Below, piece after piece: positions 51,599 to 61,951 of a stretch of DNA of 64,000 nt. The stretch is from an uncultured Chitinophagaceae bacterium (GTDB lineage Bacteria > Bacteroidota > Ignavibacteria > Kapaibacteriales > UBA961). Below the pieces are notes generated by a model. The model did not search any database and was not told where the DNA came from. It saw only the letters and a list, made by a program, of their open reading frames with translations. The stretch's first letter is position 1. Each line of letters opens with the position of its first letter. The translations under genes and the position numbers were made by a program. Where the stretch lies: positions 3,268 through 67,267 of the forward strand of contig CAZGNO010000009.1 in the NCBI GenBank assembly GCA_964527785.1, given 5' to 3'.

Positions 51599-52675
51599 AT
51601 GAACATTCCACTGCCTCCCGGTTCTGACCAATTTACGCGAAAATTTTTTGTGCTTTGCCTAACAGTTGTAGCAATTGTTTCGGGGGCAATTACTGCACTT
51701 CTGGTACCTATGGCAATATCGTCAAATTGGTGGATATGGTTATTTATACTTATTGCAGCTTTGTATTCTCTAATTATAGGAGCAGCTGCCGCATGGAAAA
51801 AAATTCTTGCTAAATACATTATTCAACCATTTGCACAAATTGCAGAATCTGCTCGGTTGGTCTCCGGCGGTGTAACTTCTGCTCGAGTTCCACTTGAGTC
51901 TATGCCGTCCGCAGAAGCATATCTGGCAGCCGAAGCAGTTAATACACTTGCCGATAAAGCCGGAAAGGATATTGCTGAGATGAAAAAACTGGAGCGTGTA
52001 CGTTCTGAATTTTTAGGGAATGTTTCCCATGAACTTCGAACACCGATTTTTTCTATTCAAGGATATTTGGAAACGCTTCTCGAAGGTGCATTAGATGACC
52101 CCGAAGTCAGTCAACGATTTGTAGAGCGAGCCCACCAAAATACCAAACGATTAAATATCCTACTGTCTGATTTGATTGATATTTCTAAGATAGAATCCGG
52201 AGAAATGCGTCTGAGTTTTCGCTACTTTAACCTGTGTGATGTTGTACGTGAGACAGTTAGTTCACTTGAAATTCAAGCTGCACAATCAGAAATAACTCTA
52301 ACAACAAGCGGGGTAAACGGTAATGAAATTATGGTATACGGTGATAAAGAACGTTTAGCACAAGTCATGCTGAATATTCTTCAAAATGCAATTAAATATA
52401 ATCGCCCGGAAGGAAACGTTACCATAAAAATTGAGGTACATCCGCAAGAAGTTACAGTGAGAATCCGTGATACGGGAATCGGAATACCACCAACCGATAA
52501 AACCAGAATCTTCGAGCGCTTTTACAGAGTAGACAAGGATCGTTCGAGAAGTGTAGGAGGGACAGGGCTAGGTTTAGCAATTGTTAAACACATTTTGGAA
52601 GCACATCAAGCTCCTTTTGGCGTAGAAAGTGAAGTAGGGGTAGGAACGGAAATATGGTTTATACTAAAGCGATAA
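51599..52675 (+). CDS. sensor histidine kinase (two TM segments, PhoR-like HisKA)
   Basis: FLGNVSHELRTPI H-box; HATPase_c N- and G-boxes (NAIKYN, DTGIGIP, GTGLGLAIV). No adjacent response regulator. Confidence 0.85.
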   Translation: MNIPLPPGSDQFTRKFFVLCLTVVAIVSGAITALLVPMAISSNWWIWLFILIAALYSLIIGAAAAWKKILAKYIIQPFAQIAESARLVSGGVTSARVPLESMPSAEAYLAAEAVNTLADKAGKDIAEMKKLERVRSEFLGNVSHELRTPIFSIQGYLETLLEGALDDPEVSQRFVERAHQNTKRLNILLSDLIDISKIESGEMRLSFRYFNLCDVVRETVSSLEIQAAQSEITLTTSGVNGNEIMVYGDKERLAQVMLNILQNAIKYNRPEGNVTIKIEVHPQEVTVRIRDTGIGIPPTDKTRIFERFYRVDKDRSRSVGGTGLGLAIVKHILEAHQAPFGVESEVGVGTEIWFILKR

Positions 52676-52727
52676 TTTAAAGTAAAGTATAGAGCATTTA
52701 GGAGGTGTCACTAGTGCAAGCCCAAAG

Positions 52728-52757
52728 TTATCCACAGCCACGATACGGTTATCCACA
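52728..52757 (+). promoter_or_regulatory. two perfect DnaA boxes (TTATCCACA) in direct orientation, 12 bp apart
   Basis: TTATCCACA at 52728-52736 and at 52749-52757, in the intergenic region after the kinase gene. Confidence 0.35.
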
Positions 52758-52849
52758 TTAAAACCCATAGTTATTAACAATTACGTTGAATTTCAATTGT
52801 TTTCAAGAAGTTTCATGTACCTGTTAGTCCTACGGCAGTAGATTCATAT

Positions 52850-53743
52850 TCAGACCTCTAGAGGACGTAGTACGGTTATACCAATATGTGAAGTAACAGT
52901 CTTCAGATAGGATGAAATTGTTTTATCAAGAAATACTCGTTTTCTTGCAATCGAGGCATGAAGCAAGCGGAGTTTGCCACGCTCATCACGGTAGGCAAGC
53001 CCGGTGTGAGCATAATCAAGCCCCTCTTTATTAGTAGCAATTGCAATTATATCTCCCGTTTGTAGCTTCGATTCAATTTCACGCACGTTTTCTTTTGGGA
53101 TATAATAATATTTCTGAGCGTTTATATCAAGCTCTGTCTGAGCAATTTCCGGTATAAGCGTAGAATCTGCAGCCATCGGTGCATAGTATTGAGGATGTGA
53201 CGACATAAATGAAACTTTCACAGGAAATTCTATTCCCCCCAATTCTTGGGTAATATCCCTCACCACTTTTTTCTTAACATTATTGGAAATCCAATCGGCT
53301 GTGTAATGCAGTCGTGAGGTGTAGCCGTCCAGTTTTCCGTCCCGGTAACGAGTTCGGGTAATTTCTTTTACTAAGCTATCAAACACCGGATCGGGTATCT
53401 TGGAAATACGGGCAATACCAAGAACATTCTCAAAAAAAGTCACACAGTCCAAACCTGTTAAATCAATTCTACACGCTTCTGATTCTCCTTCGAGTGTACC
53501 GCCTACATAAGCAGTACCTAAAAGCAACATACCGATTTTCCCCATTCGCTCTCCAATAGGCAGTTTATCTATCCCCGATGCTTTTAAATGGCTGATAATA
53601 TGGTCGAAAATATACCACGAGGTAGCTTCTTTGTCGGTATTATCCTGAACGCTGCTAAGCAATTTTTTGGTCTGCTCCAAAATTGCTTCTGTAGGAATGA
53701 AGGGAATTACTGCGCAAAACTTTAGGAAATCACGTCTTATCAT
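52850..53743 (-). CDS. Tat-signal (RRDFLK) secreted protein, DUF1460-like
   Basis: MIRRDFLKFCAVIPF twin-arginine motif. The rest resembles the Bacteroidetes DUF1460 family. The alternative upstream start at 53776 is possible. Confidence 0.5.
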   Translation of the reverse strand: MIRRDFLKFCAVIPFIPTEAILEQTKKLLSSVQDNTDKEATSWYIFDHIISHLKASGIDKLPIGERMGKIGMLLLGTAYVGGTLEGESEACRIDLTGLDCVTFFENVLGIARISKIPDPVFDSLVKEITRTRYRDGKLDGYTSRLHYTADWISNNVKKKVVRDITQELGGIEFPVKVSFMSSHPQYYAPMAADSTLIPEIAQTELDINAQKYYYIPKENVREIESKLQTGDIIAIATNKEGLDYAHTGLAYRDERGKLRLLHASIARKRVFLDKTISSYLKTVTSHIGITVLRPLEV

Positions 53744-54029
53744 AGGAAATTCGATTTTTTTAGTGGGAACGAACAAGAAATAACCAACACCGATTTTCGG
53801 AGCGCACTTTTTGTACCAAAATACATTAAAACTGTGAAATTTTCATCACACTTTTTTAGTAGGAAAGACACCGACATAGTGTTTTAAAAATAGAACTATA
53901 CAAACCTAAAATTTCTCGTATTTTTGCAAGTGCTTTTTATTCAAATAATGTAACTATTATAGTACTACACTGATTGTTTGCAAATAATTGCTAAAATTAT
54001 TTATTATATCCATTACGAAGGAATCAATT

Positions 54030-57000
54030 ATGAAAATTCATTATACTTTTTTCTTGATTTTGTGTTCGATACTTACAATTTCCCCTGCGATTGCCCAACC
54101 GCCTACACTTTGGGAATCACGCGGGGTAGGTGGCGGAGGAGCTATGTTTGCTCCAAGTATCAACCCGGCAAATGATAATGAGTTCTATGCGGGCTGTGAT
54201 ATGAGTGAGCTTTTCCATTCTACCGACTTCGGCAAATCATATTCAGTCCTTAATTTTAAACAAATCAACGGTGGTCACAACTCAATCGTAAGATTTACAT
54301 CAACTCAAGGACTCCTCTATACTATCAGCTACAAACTCAATGGAAGTTCCGATCAGGTAGTACCCGTAAAAAGCACTGACAATGGCGTAACGTGGAAAAA
54401 TCTATCCGGTAATCCCGATGCCTCGGAGGAGACATTCACTATTAATGTTGATTACAATAATCCCGAACGGGTCATTATCTCATACTACGGTGAAGTCCAT
54501 ATTTCTCTCAATGGTGGCACCACTTTCGCAAAAATCCATAGTGCTGCAAATAATGGGGTGGGGGTAGTTGTCGGCGGTGTGTTTTTTGATGGCAATGCAA
54601 TCTATATAGGTACAAACGATGGTTTGTTGGTATCCAAAAACGGCGGGCAAACATTTGCAATTGAATCAATTACCGGAATCGGGGCAGGTGAAGCAATTTG
54701 GTCATTCGCAGGAGCAAAGCAAAATGGTACGACAAGATTTTTCTGTTTGACAGGAGAAGCTACAAATATGTATGTAGGGATGCCGGGCAGTGATTACGAC
54801 GGTTTCCTCAAAGGAATTTACGTTCTCGACTATAGTACGGGAAATTGGACCAAAAAAATGAACGGAATTGTCATTGGGACGGATAATCTTATGTTTGTCG
54901 GTATGGCACAAAATGATGTTTCCACCTGTTACTTAGCCGGAAGTGCGTCGAGTGCGCCGGATATTATGAAAACTACCAACGGTGGTGATTCATGGACAAG
55001 AACATTCCTCGGAACAAATAATCAGAATATCATAAGCGGGTGGAGCGGTGACGGCGGTGACCGTGCATGGAGTTACGGAGAGTGCGCATTTGGATTTGCA
55101 GTAGCACCAAATAACTCTCAAAAGCTAATGTTTGGTGACTTTGGATTTCTCCATACGTCCACCAATGCCGGTATGACATGGCAGCAAGCATACGTAGAAG
55201 CAAGCACGGAAAACCCCGCAGGAACAAAAACACCGACAGGCAAACTGTACAAAAGCATAGGACTGGAAAATACAACCTGCTGGCAAGTAGCATGGAGTGA
55301 TGCAAATACAATGTTCTCCTGCTTTTCGGATATTAAAGGGGTTCGCAGTACCGATGGTGGAAACTCATGGGGATTCAACTATACCGGTCACGGCGCGAAC
55401 TCTATGTACCGTATTGCCAAATCACCAAACGGAACCCTTTATGCCGGTACTAGCAATATCCATGATATATACCAAAGTACCCGGCTGGCAGATGCCCAAC
55501 TCAATGCCAATGATTCCTATGGGAAAGTGATTTACTCAACCGATAACGGGTCATCGTGGAAAGATATTAGAAATTTTGCCCATCCGGTCTTTTGGGTGGT
55601 TCTCGACCCGAATAATGCGAATACTCTCTATGCAAGCGTTATCCATTCTACACAAGGCGGAATTTACGTTACTAGAAATCTTCAAGACGGTGGAAGTGCG
55701 ACATGGACGAAACTTCCTACGCCTCCACGAACAGAAGGACACCCAGCTTCGATAGCAGTTCTGAATGACGGGCAGGTGGTTTGTACATTTTCAGGTCGCC
55801 GTGCTCCAAGCTTTACGGCAAGCTCAGGGTGCTTTCTCTATAACCCGACTAGTAACTCATGGACAGATGTTTCGGATAATGGAATGAAATACTGGACAAA
55901 AGACATTGTGATTGATCCTAATGATCCAACACAAAATACCTGGTTGGTCGGAGTTTTCGGCGGATGGGGAGTTACCGCATCAGTCGGTGTAGGCGGATTG
56001 TATCGAACAACTAATCGCGGACAATCATGGACACGAATCTGGAATTCCGACCGCGTTACAAGCTGCACGTTCAATCCTGCGAAACCGACCGAATTATATG
56101 TTACTACGGAAGTGGAGGGATTGTGGTATTCAGATAATGCGGTTGCACAAACTCCTACATTCTCACTTGTTACGAGCTACCCGTTTCGCCAGCCGGAGCG
56201 TGTTTTCTTCAATCCGTTCAAACAGGATGAAATCTGGGTGACGAGTTTCGGGCATGGGATGCGAGTCGGCAATATCGGTTCTAAACCTTTGCTTGCTGCT
56301 CCCAATCTCATTTCACCAAATGATAAAGCAACAATAGTTTCTGCAAAAGGAAAACTGCAATGGGAAACGGTACCAGATGCAGATACATATTATATAGCAT
56401 TATCGGACAATCCGAATTTTACCAATAGTTTTCTAACTGATAACCGGACATCAACAAATTCGATAGACTATAACCTAAGTCCCTCTACTATGTATTATTG
56501 GAAAGTAAAAGGGAGTAAACTACAAACTCAAGATGGCAATTGGTCGGCTGTATGGAGCTTTACTACCGAGGCAGACAAACCGTTGATTCCCGAAACTGCC
56601 AAACTTTCTCAGCCGAAAGACAAGTCAGTTAAAATTCCTACAAGTACAATTCTGAGATGGGATACATCAGCTAATGCAAAAAACTATCGTCTGCAAGTAT
56701 CAACAGTTGCTGATTTTTCTACAACTATTTTTGACCAAGCGGACAGTTCATCGTTTCGGGAAGTGAGCGGACTTGCTCATAGTACGACTTACTATTGGCG
56801 TGTTCAGGCGACTAACTCAGCCGGTTCAGCTGCTTGGAGCGAGGCGTGGAGTTTTACAACGGACGCTGCAACTTCCGTTGAATTTGGAAATCATCAAGAA
56901 GAAATTGCGTTGCAAATTGTCCCAAGTCCAATTACATTTTCAGGGGTAATTAATTACACCCTGCCGTCGCGCTTTGCAGTTTCAATAATTGTAACTGATG

Positions 57001-57152
57001 CACTCGGACGCATAACTCAGCTGCAAAACAGTAAGGAGCTTGATGCGGGGAGCTATTCCTTCAATCTTCCTGAACTTTCAAGCGGGGTGTATCAAATTCG
57101 ACTGCAATACGGTAATTTTGTGAAAACTGTACCGTTTTGTGTAATGAAATAG
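54030..57152 (+). CDS. secreted BNR/Asp-box beta-propeller protein (GH74/sortilin-like) with FN3-like domains and a T9SS C-terminal domain
   Basis: Signal peptide; at least 8 Asp-box repeats (S.D.G.[TS][WF]: STDNGVTW, TTNGGDSW, TSTNAGMTW, STDGGNSW, STDNGSSW, TTNRGQSW...); two FN3-like modules; C-terminal T9SS sorting domain (...VYQIRLQYGNFVKTVPFCVMK). Start at MKIHY (54030), with AAGGAA upstream. Confidence 0.7.
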   Translation: MKIHYTFFLILCSILTISPAIAQPPTLWESRGVGGGGAMFAPSINPANDNEFYAGCDMSELFHSTDFGKSYSVLNFKQINGGHNSIVRFTSTQGLLYTISYKLNGSSDQVVPVKSTDNGVTWKNLSGNPDASEETFTINVDYNNPERVIISYYGEVHISLNGGTTFAKIHSAANNGVGVVVGGVFFDGNAIYIGTNDGLLVSKNGGQTFAIESITGIGAGEAIWSFAGAKQNGTTRFFCLTGEATNMYVGMPGSDYDGFLKGIYVLDYSTGNWTKKMNGIVIGTDNLMFVGMAQNDVSTCYLAGSASSAPDIMKTTNGGDSWTRTFLGTNNQNIISGWSGDGGDRAWSYGECAFGFAVAPNNSQKLMFGDFGFLHTSTNAGMTWQQAYVEASTENPAGTKTPTGKLYKSIGLENTTCWQVAWSDANTMFSCFSDIKGVRSTDGGNSWGFNYTGHGANSMYRIAKSPNGTLYAGTSNIHDIYQSTRLADAQLNANDSYGKVIYSTDNGSSWKDIRNFAHPVFWVVLDPNNANTLYASVIHSTQGGIYVTRNLQDGGSATWTKLPTPPRTEGHPASIAVLNDGQVVCTFSGRRAPSFTASSGCFLYNPTSNSWTDVSDNGMKYWTKDIVIDPNDPTQNTWLVGVFGGWGVTASVGVGGLYRTTNRGQSWTRIWNSDRVTSCTFNPAKPTELYVTTEVEGLWYSDNAVAQTPTFSLVTSYPFRQPERVFFNPFKQDEIWVTSFGHGMRVGNIGSKPLLAAPNLISPNDKATIVSAKGKLQWETVPDADTYYIALSDNPNFTNSFLTDNRTSTNSIDYNLSPSTMYYWKVKGSKLQTQDGNWSAVWSFTTEADKPLIPETAKLSQPKDKSVKIPTSTILRWDTSANAKNYRLQVSTVADFSTTIFDQADSSSFREVSGLAHSTTYYWRVQATNSAGSAAWSEAWSFTTDAATSVEFGNHQEEIALQIVPSPITFSGVINYTLPSRFAVSIIVTDALGRITQLQNSKELDAGSYSFNLPELSSGVYQIRLQYGNFVKTVPFCVMK

Positions 57153-57214
57153 AGATGGTAATCGTCTAGATTTTATCGTCTGAGGCAACCTCTACTTATT
57201 GGACTATATCATCT

Positions 57215-58438
57215 ATGACAATTCTCCATACAGCCGACTGGCATCTTGGGCAAAATTTTAATGAACGCGACCGAAGGGATGAACATCAGCACTTTCTTTC
57301 TTGGCTTGTGGGTATTATCCGCGAGCGGAAGGTGGATGCAGTTATTCATGCGGGAGATGTTTTCGATGTTTTTTCCCCGCCGAAGTATGCAGAGGAAATG
57401 TACTATAATTTTCTTCGTGAAATGGTGCGTTCAGATTGTAGTAATATCATTATTACAGGTGGGAACCATGACTCACCTGCAACGTTAAACGCACCGGCAA
57501 AACTTCTCAAATCGCTCAATATCCATATTGTAGGCGGTGCAACCGATAGTATCTCTGATGAAATTATAGAGCTTATAAATGCAGAAGGGGAAGTCATAGG
57601 AGCAGTTGCTGCCGTGCCGTTTTTACGGGATAAGGATTTGCTGCAAACCTTTGTTTCGGGCGAAAGCTATGATGAACGTACCAAACGGATTGTGGATGGG
57701 ATACGCATTCATTACCGGAATGCTTGCGATGCAATTCTCCCATATAAACAACGTGGACTCCCTGTTATTGCCACCGGGCATTTATTCGCTGCCGGTGGTG
57801 CTACTTCCGACAGCGAAAAGGATATTCATATTGGCAATCTTGGTCAAATTGGTGCTGAAATTTTCCCTGCTGAGTTTGATTATATTGCATTAGGTCATCT
57901 CCACCGTCCTCAAATAGTAAACAAGCAGTCAGGAATCCGATATTCGGGTTCTCCGATACCGCTTAGCTTCAGTGAAATAACCGACAAGAAGCAAATCGTG
58001 CTTGTAGAATTTACTCCAAATCAAGCACCGGTAATTGAAAGTATTGAAATTCCAAAACTACGACGACTTATTCGCTTCCAAGGTGATTTTGAAACAATAG
58101 CTTCCACGATTTCTGAATTTTCAACTAACGAAGGTGAGCTTCCTGCGTGGGCGGAGGTTGTTATTGAGCTTGATAGCGTCAATCCCGATATGGACAGGCA
58201 GGTACGAGAGCTTGCTGCGGGAAATCTTCATCTTGAAATATTCAAAGTCAAACCAAAATATTCCGATAGCTTTCTTTCGATAACAGAACTTTCGGAAAAC
58301 ACACCAGATCTCGACGACCTGAAGCCAACGGAGGTTTTCACAAAAAAGATGGAAAGTCTCGGAATAAGTGAAAACCTCGAATTAATCGAAACGTTCCGTG
58401 AGCTTCTTGACCTTAAACACCAACAGGAAATTATCTGA
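57215..58438 (+). CDS. sbcD: exonuclease SbcD (Mre11-like nuclease)
   Basis: Calcineurin-like phosphoesterase motifs (HTADWHLG, GDVFD, GNHDS, GHLH). Confidence 0.9.
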   Translation: MTILHTADWHLGQNFNERDRRDEHQHFLSWLVGIIRERKVDAVIHAGDVFDVFSPPKYAEEMYYNFLREMVRSDCSNIIITGGNHDSPATLNAPAKLLKSLNIHIVGGATDSISDEIIELINAEGEVIGAVAAVPFLRDKDLLQTFVSGESYDERTKRIVDGIRIHYRNACDAILPYKQRGLPVIATGHLFAAGGATSDSEKDIHIGNLGQIGAEIFPAEFDYIALGHLHRPQIVNKQSGIRYSGSPIPLSFSEITDKKQIVLVEFTPNQAPVIESIEIPKLRRLIRFQGDFETIASTISEFSTNEGELPAWAEVVIELDSVNPDMDRQVRELAAGNLHLEIFKVKPKYSDSFLSITELSENTPDLDDLKPTEVFTKKMESLGISENLELIETFRELLDLKHQQEII

Positions 58439-58457
58439 CCAATCTCAATACCTTTCT

Positions 58458-61400
58458 ATGAAAATTCTTTCTATCAGGTTCAAGAATCTTAACTCTTTAC
58501 GCGGTGAACATTCCGTCCGTTTTGATGTAGCACCTATAGACGGCTCTGGGTTGGTCGCAATAACAGGGGCGACGGGAGCAGGAAAAACAACTATACTTGA
58601 TGCAATTACGGTTGCGCTTTATGGTGAAATTCCGAGGTATGGCAGCGGTACACCAAGAGACTTGATGTCGCGCCATACAGGGGAATGTTTTGCTGATGTG
58701 GAATTTGAAGTAAAGGACTGTAAATACCGTTCATCATGGTCGCTACATCGCTCACGAAGAAAGCATGACGGAGAGTTTCAATCTACAAAAATGGAGGTGT
58801 GGAACCTCGAAACCGATACCATTATCTCCAGCGGAAGCAGGGAAGTTCCTGGTAAAATCGAAGAAATTACGGGCTTGGACAAGCATCGTTTCTTGAGATC
58901 GGTAATGCTGGCTCAAGGTGAATTTGCTGCCTTCCTGAAAGCAAAAGAAAGCGAAAAAAGTGCATTGCTAGAGCAAATGACCGACACGAAAATTTACTCC
59001 GAACTATCAAAATTATGTTTTGAGGTAACGAAAGAAGAAAAGCAAAAACTGGATGATATTCTGTCGAGGATTAATTCTTTAGAGCTTCTTTCCGATGCCC
59101 AAAAACAAGAAATAATTACACAAAAAGCTGAACAGCACGCTTTAGTCGAGGGGTTAAAAGCTGAGTTGCAAACCCTTCGAGATGACAGACAGTGGCTCAT
59201 AGGAATTGAAACGCTTTCTACGCAAAAGGAAAAAAACGCTCACGAGAGATTGCAACTTGCACTGGTAATAGAGCAATCCGCCCCACAGAAAAAACTGCTC
59301 GAATTCCATAAAAAAGCTCAGCCATTTCAAAATGACATTAAAGAGTTAGAAAACGAGCGAAAGAAAATTAATGAACTTTTGAGTGAAATTTCAAACTATG
59401 AGAAGCAATTACCGGAAGTTGTTCTCGCAAAAGAAAATACTGAACTGGAACTGAAAAAAAATGAGCGGGCACTTGATACCCTGCGTACAGAATATCAAAG
59501 TAATGAAGAACTCTTTCAAACTGTAGAAGAAAAAGATAAGAGTATTACAGCAGAAACGCTTCTCCTCAAACGCTATATGGATGAAGTGAACATCGAGCAG
59601 CGAAACTATGATAATGAGATTAACAAGAGCAAAGATTGCGATAATCAAATTGAACAAAAATATCGTTCGCTGCCCGATTCAATAGGCAAAGAGCAAATCA
59701 TCCGGTTGTTGGAAACAAACCTTGATGATAGAGAAACATTCATTCTTCAACAAAGAGCAATCTCAAATCAATGGACAAAGGCGGCAGAGGTAGCAATTCG
59801 GTTCAAAGAAAATAGTGATGTTCATACGTCATTATCGAAGGAACTTGCCGAACTGGATGAACGGATTAAAAAGGGCAAGGTGGTTCTCGAAACAGAAGAG
59901 CGAAAACTAAAAGACTGCGAATTAAAACTTCCACTGCTTGAAAAGGCACTGGAGCGTGAACGGTTAATTGCAAAATACGAGCAAGACCGCGTCACACTCC
60001 ATGAAAATGATCCGTGTCCTTTGTGCGGCTCGACAGCCCACCCATATATTGAGGAGTATCACCCAAAGCTACTTTCCGAAGCGGAAAAAGAACTGGAACT
60101 TGAAAAGATAACCTACAGGGAAACAAATGAAGCTATCGCTAAATTCACAAACGGACTCGCCAAACTCGAACAGGATGCACTAAACAATCAAAATCGAACG
60201 GGTGAAATTAGTCAGAGAATACATCAGCTTCAAAAAGAGTTTGATATAATCGGAATACAGTCATTGGAGATTGCCGATGCCGATGAAATTATAGAAAAAG
60301 CTGAATTTGTAAAGCGCGAGTTAAATTCTGCTGAAGATGAACTGCGCATTACCCGCTCACTTCAATTGCTATACCAGACAAAGAAAAACATAGAAGAAAA
60401 TGTAAGTAAACTGACTGAATCCCTCGAACACAAGAAAGAAGAGTATGCAAAACAGAATGCAATTCTAGAGCATCTTCGTGACGAAAGAACTCTCCTTTTC
60501 GGGGATAAAATTGTGAAAGTGGAGCGAGAATTAGCTCATAAACGGATAATTAATGCTGAACAGCAACGAGATACTGCACGAAAAAATCTTGAAGTCAGGA
60601 AAGATCAATTCATAAAACTCGAAACCAATCTTAGTAACGCTAAAAATCAGTATTCCAATCTCCAAGAATTTCATAAAAAGCGAAATCAGGACTTGCAGGA
60701 GTTAATTATTGAAAATGGGTTCACAACACTCCAAGAAGTGAAAGATGCTTTGTTAGATAATATTATATTCAATAGCATCGAAGCACAGTTGAAACAGAAT
60801 GATGCGGAGTATAACCGGTTGGAAGGCGCAGCAAAAGCAGTAGAGGAGCAATTAACCGAGGAACTTCATAAAGAATGTACAATTAAAACCAAAGATGAAC
60901 TTACGGAAACTATTTCCGAAAAGGAAAAAGTTCAAACCGATCATGAAAAAGCTATCGGTAGATTTGATGAGCAATTGAGCCGAGATGCCAAACTTGCCGA
61001 AGAATCAAAGCAGTATATCGAAAAAGCCAAAGCTCAGGAAAAGCACTATCGAAAATGGGAATTACTGGATAAACTCATTGGTTCGAGTGACGGTGCGAAG
61101 TTTAGCAAATTTGCGCAAGGACTAACCTTGGCGCGACTGGTACAGCTAGCGAACCTCCGTTTGCAGAAACTAAACGACCGGTATATTATTACTCACAAGA
61201 AAGATGAGAATAAGTTCTTAGAACTTGAAATAAAGGACACTTATCAAGCAGATGCTATCAGACCGATAGAAAGTTTATCGGGCGGGGAGAGCTTCTTGGT
61301 ATCACTCGCTCTCGCTCTGGGGCTTTCAGACCTGGCTTCACGTAGGACACGAATAGACAGTTTGTTTATTGATGAGGGGTTCGGAACACTCGATTCAAAC

Positions 61401-61559
61401 ACACTGGATACGGTAATTTCAACGCTTGAAATGCTCCATTCCACCGGAAAAACAATTGGGATTATCTCACATGTGGAGGCGTTAAAGGAACGGATTACAA
61501 CACAGATTCAGGTGAGTAAATCAGGTTCGGGGGTAAGCAAAATAACGATTATTCCTTAG
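58458..61559 (+). CDS. sbcC: exonuclease SbcC (Rad50-like ATPase)
   Basis: Walker A GATGAGKTT; long coiled coil with a CPLCGS zinc hook; signature LSGGESF; D-loop FIDEGFGTLD. Start at MKILSIRF (58458) overlaps the sbcD end. Confidence 0.9.
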   Translation: MKILSIRFKNLNSLRGEHSVRFDVAPIDGSGLVAITGATGAGKTTILDAITVALYGEIPRYGSGTPRDLMSRHTGECFADVEFEVKDCKYRSSWSLHRSRRKHDGEFQSTKMEVWNLETDTIISSGSREVPGKIEEITGLDKHRFLRSVMLAQGEFAAFLKAKESEKSALLEQMTDTKIYSELSKLCFEVTKEEKQKLDDILSRINSLELLSDAQKQEIITQKAEQHALVEGLKAELQTLRDDRQWLIGIETLSTQKEKNAHERLQLALVIEQSAPQKKLLEFHKKAQPFQNDIKELENERKKINELLSEISNYEKQLPEVVLAKENTELELKKNERALDTLRTEYQSNEELFQTVEEKDKSITAETLLLKRYMDEVNIEQRNYDNEINKSKDCDNQIEQKYRSLPDSIGKEQIIRLLETNLDDRETFILQQRAISNQWTKAAEVAIRFKENSDVHTSLSKELAELDERIKKGKVVLETEERKLKDCELKLPLLEKALERERLIAKYEQDRVTLHENDPCPLCGSTAHPYIEEYHPKLLSEAEKELELEKITYRETNEAIAKFTNGLAKLEQDALNNQNRTGEISQRIHQLQKEFDIIGIQSLEIADADEIIEKAEFVKRELNSAEDELRITRSLQLLYQTKKNIEENVSKLTESLEHKKEEYAKQNAILEHLRDERTLLFGDKIVKVERELAHKRIINAEQQRDTARKNLEVRKDQFIKLETNLSNAKNQYSNLQEFHKKRNQDLQELIIENGFTTLQEVKDALLDNIIFNSIEAQLKQNDAEYNRLEGAAKAVEEQLTEELHKECTIKTKDELTETISEKEKVQTDHEKAIGRFDEQLSRDAKLAEESKQYIEKAKAQEKHYRKWELLDKLIGSSDGAKFSKFAQGLTLARLVQLANLRLQKLNDRYIITHKKDENKFLELEIKDTYQADAIRPIESLSGGESFLVSLALALGLSDLASRRTRIDSLFIDEGFGTLDSNTLDTVISTLEMLHSTGKTIGIISHVEALKERITTQIQVSKSGSGVSKITIIP

Positions 61560-61601
61560 TAATTCTGAGAAAGAGCAAAAAAGTATGGAAATTTGACAAT
61601 A

Positions 61602-61886
61602 CTATTTTGGCGGCAATTGCTTAAACACGTCATCAAATCCAGATTCAAGTTGCTTCTTAGCCACATTCCCGAAAAACGAAAGATTGAGTGTGATGTTGAG
61701 CTGATAATCCTTCAGAACGATTGTCCCGTCACCAAGTTTTGAATCTACGTTTAAGGTATTTCCCACCCATACAGACGAATTGAGCAAAGCAGACAAGTCT
61801 TTCCGTGTAAGCAAATGCTGATTGATGTAGGTTTTCATTTCGGCGGCTGTCGCCTTCGTATGTATTGTTTTTTGAATGACGGACAT
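61602..61886 (-). CDS. hypothetical small protein (94 aa) downstream of accD
   Basis: ORF only; same strand as accD; no motif. Confidence 0.3.
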   Translation of the reverse strand: MSVIQKTIHTKATAAEMKTYINQHLLTRKDLSALLNSSVWVGNTLNVDSKLGDGTIVLKDYQLNITLNLSFFGNVAKKQLESGFDDVFKQLPPK

Positions 61887-61951
61887 GGATTTTTGTATTG
61901 ATATTGAAAAAAGTCAATTTCTTTAAGCAAAACTATTCACAGATACAATAT

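Noticed and set aside
52728-52757. Chromosomal replication origin (oriC)
   Set aside because: There are only two DnaA boxes. No dnaA or dnaN gene is nearby and there is no clear AT-rich unwinding element. The flanking genes (histidine kinase, DUF1460) are not typical origin neighbours.
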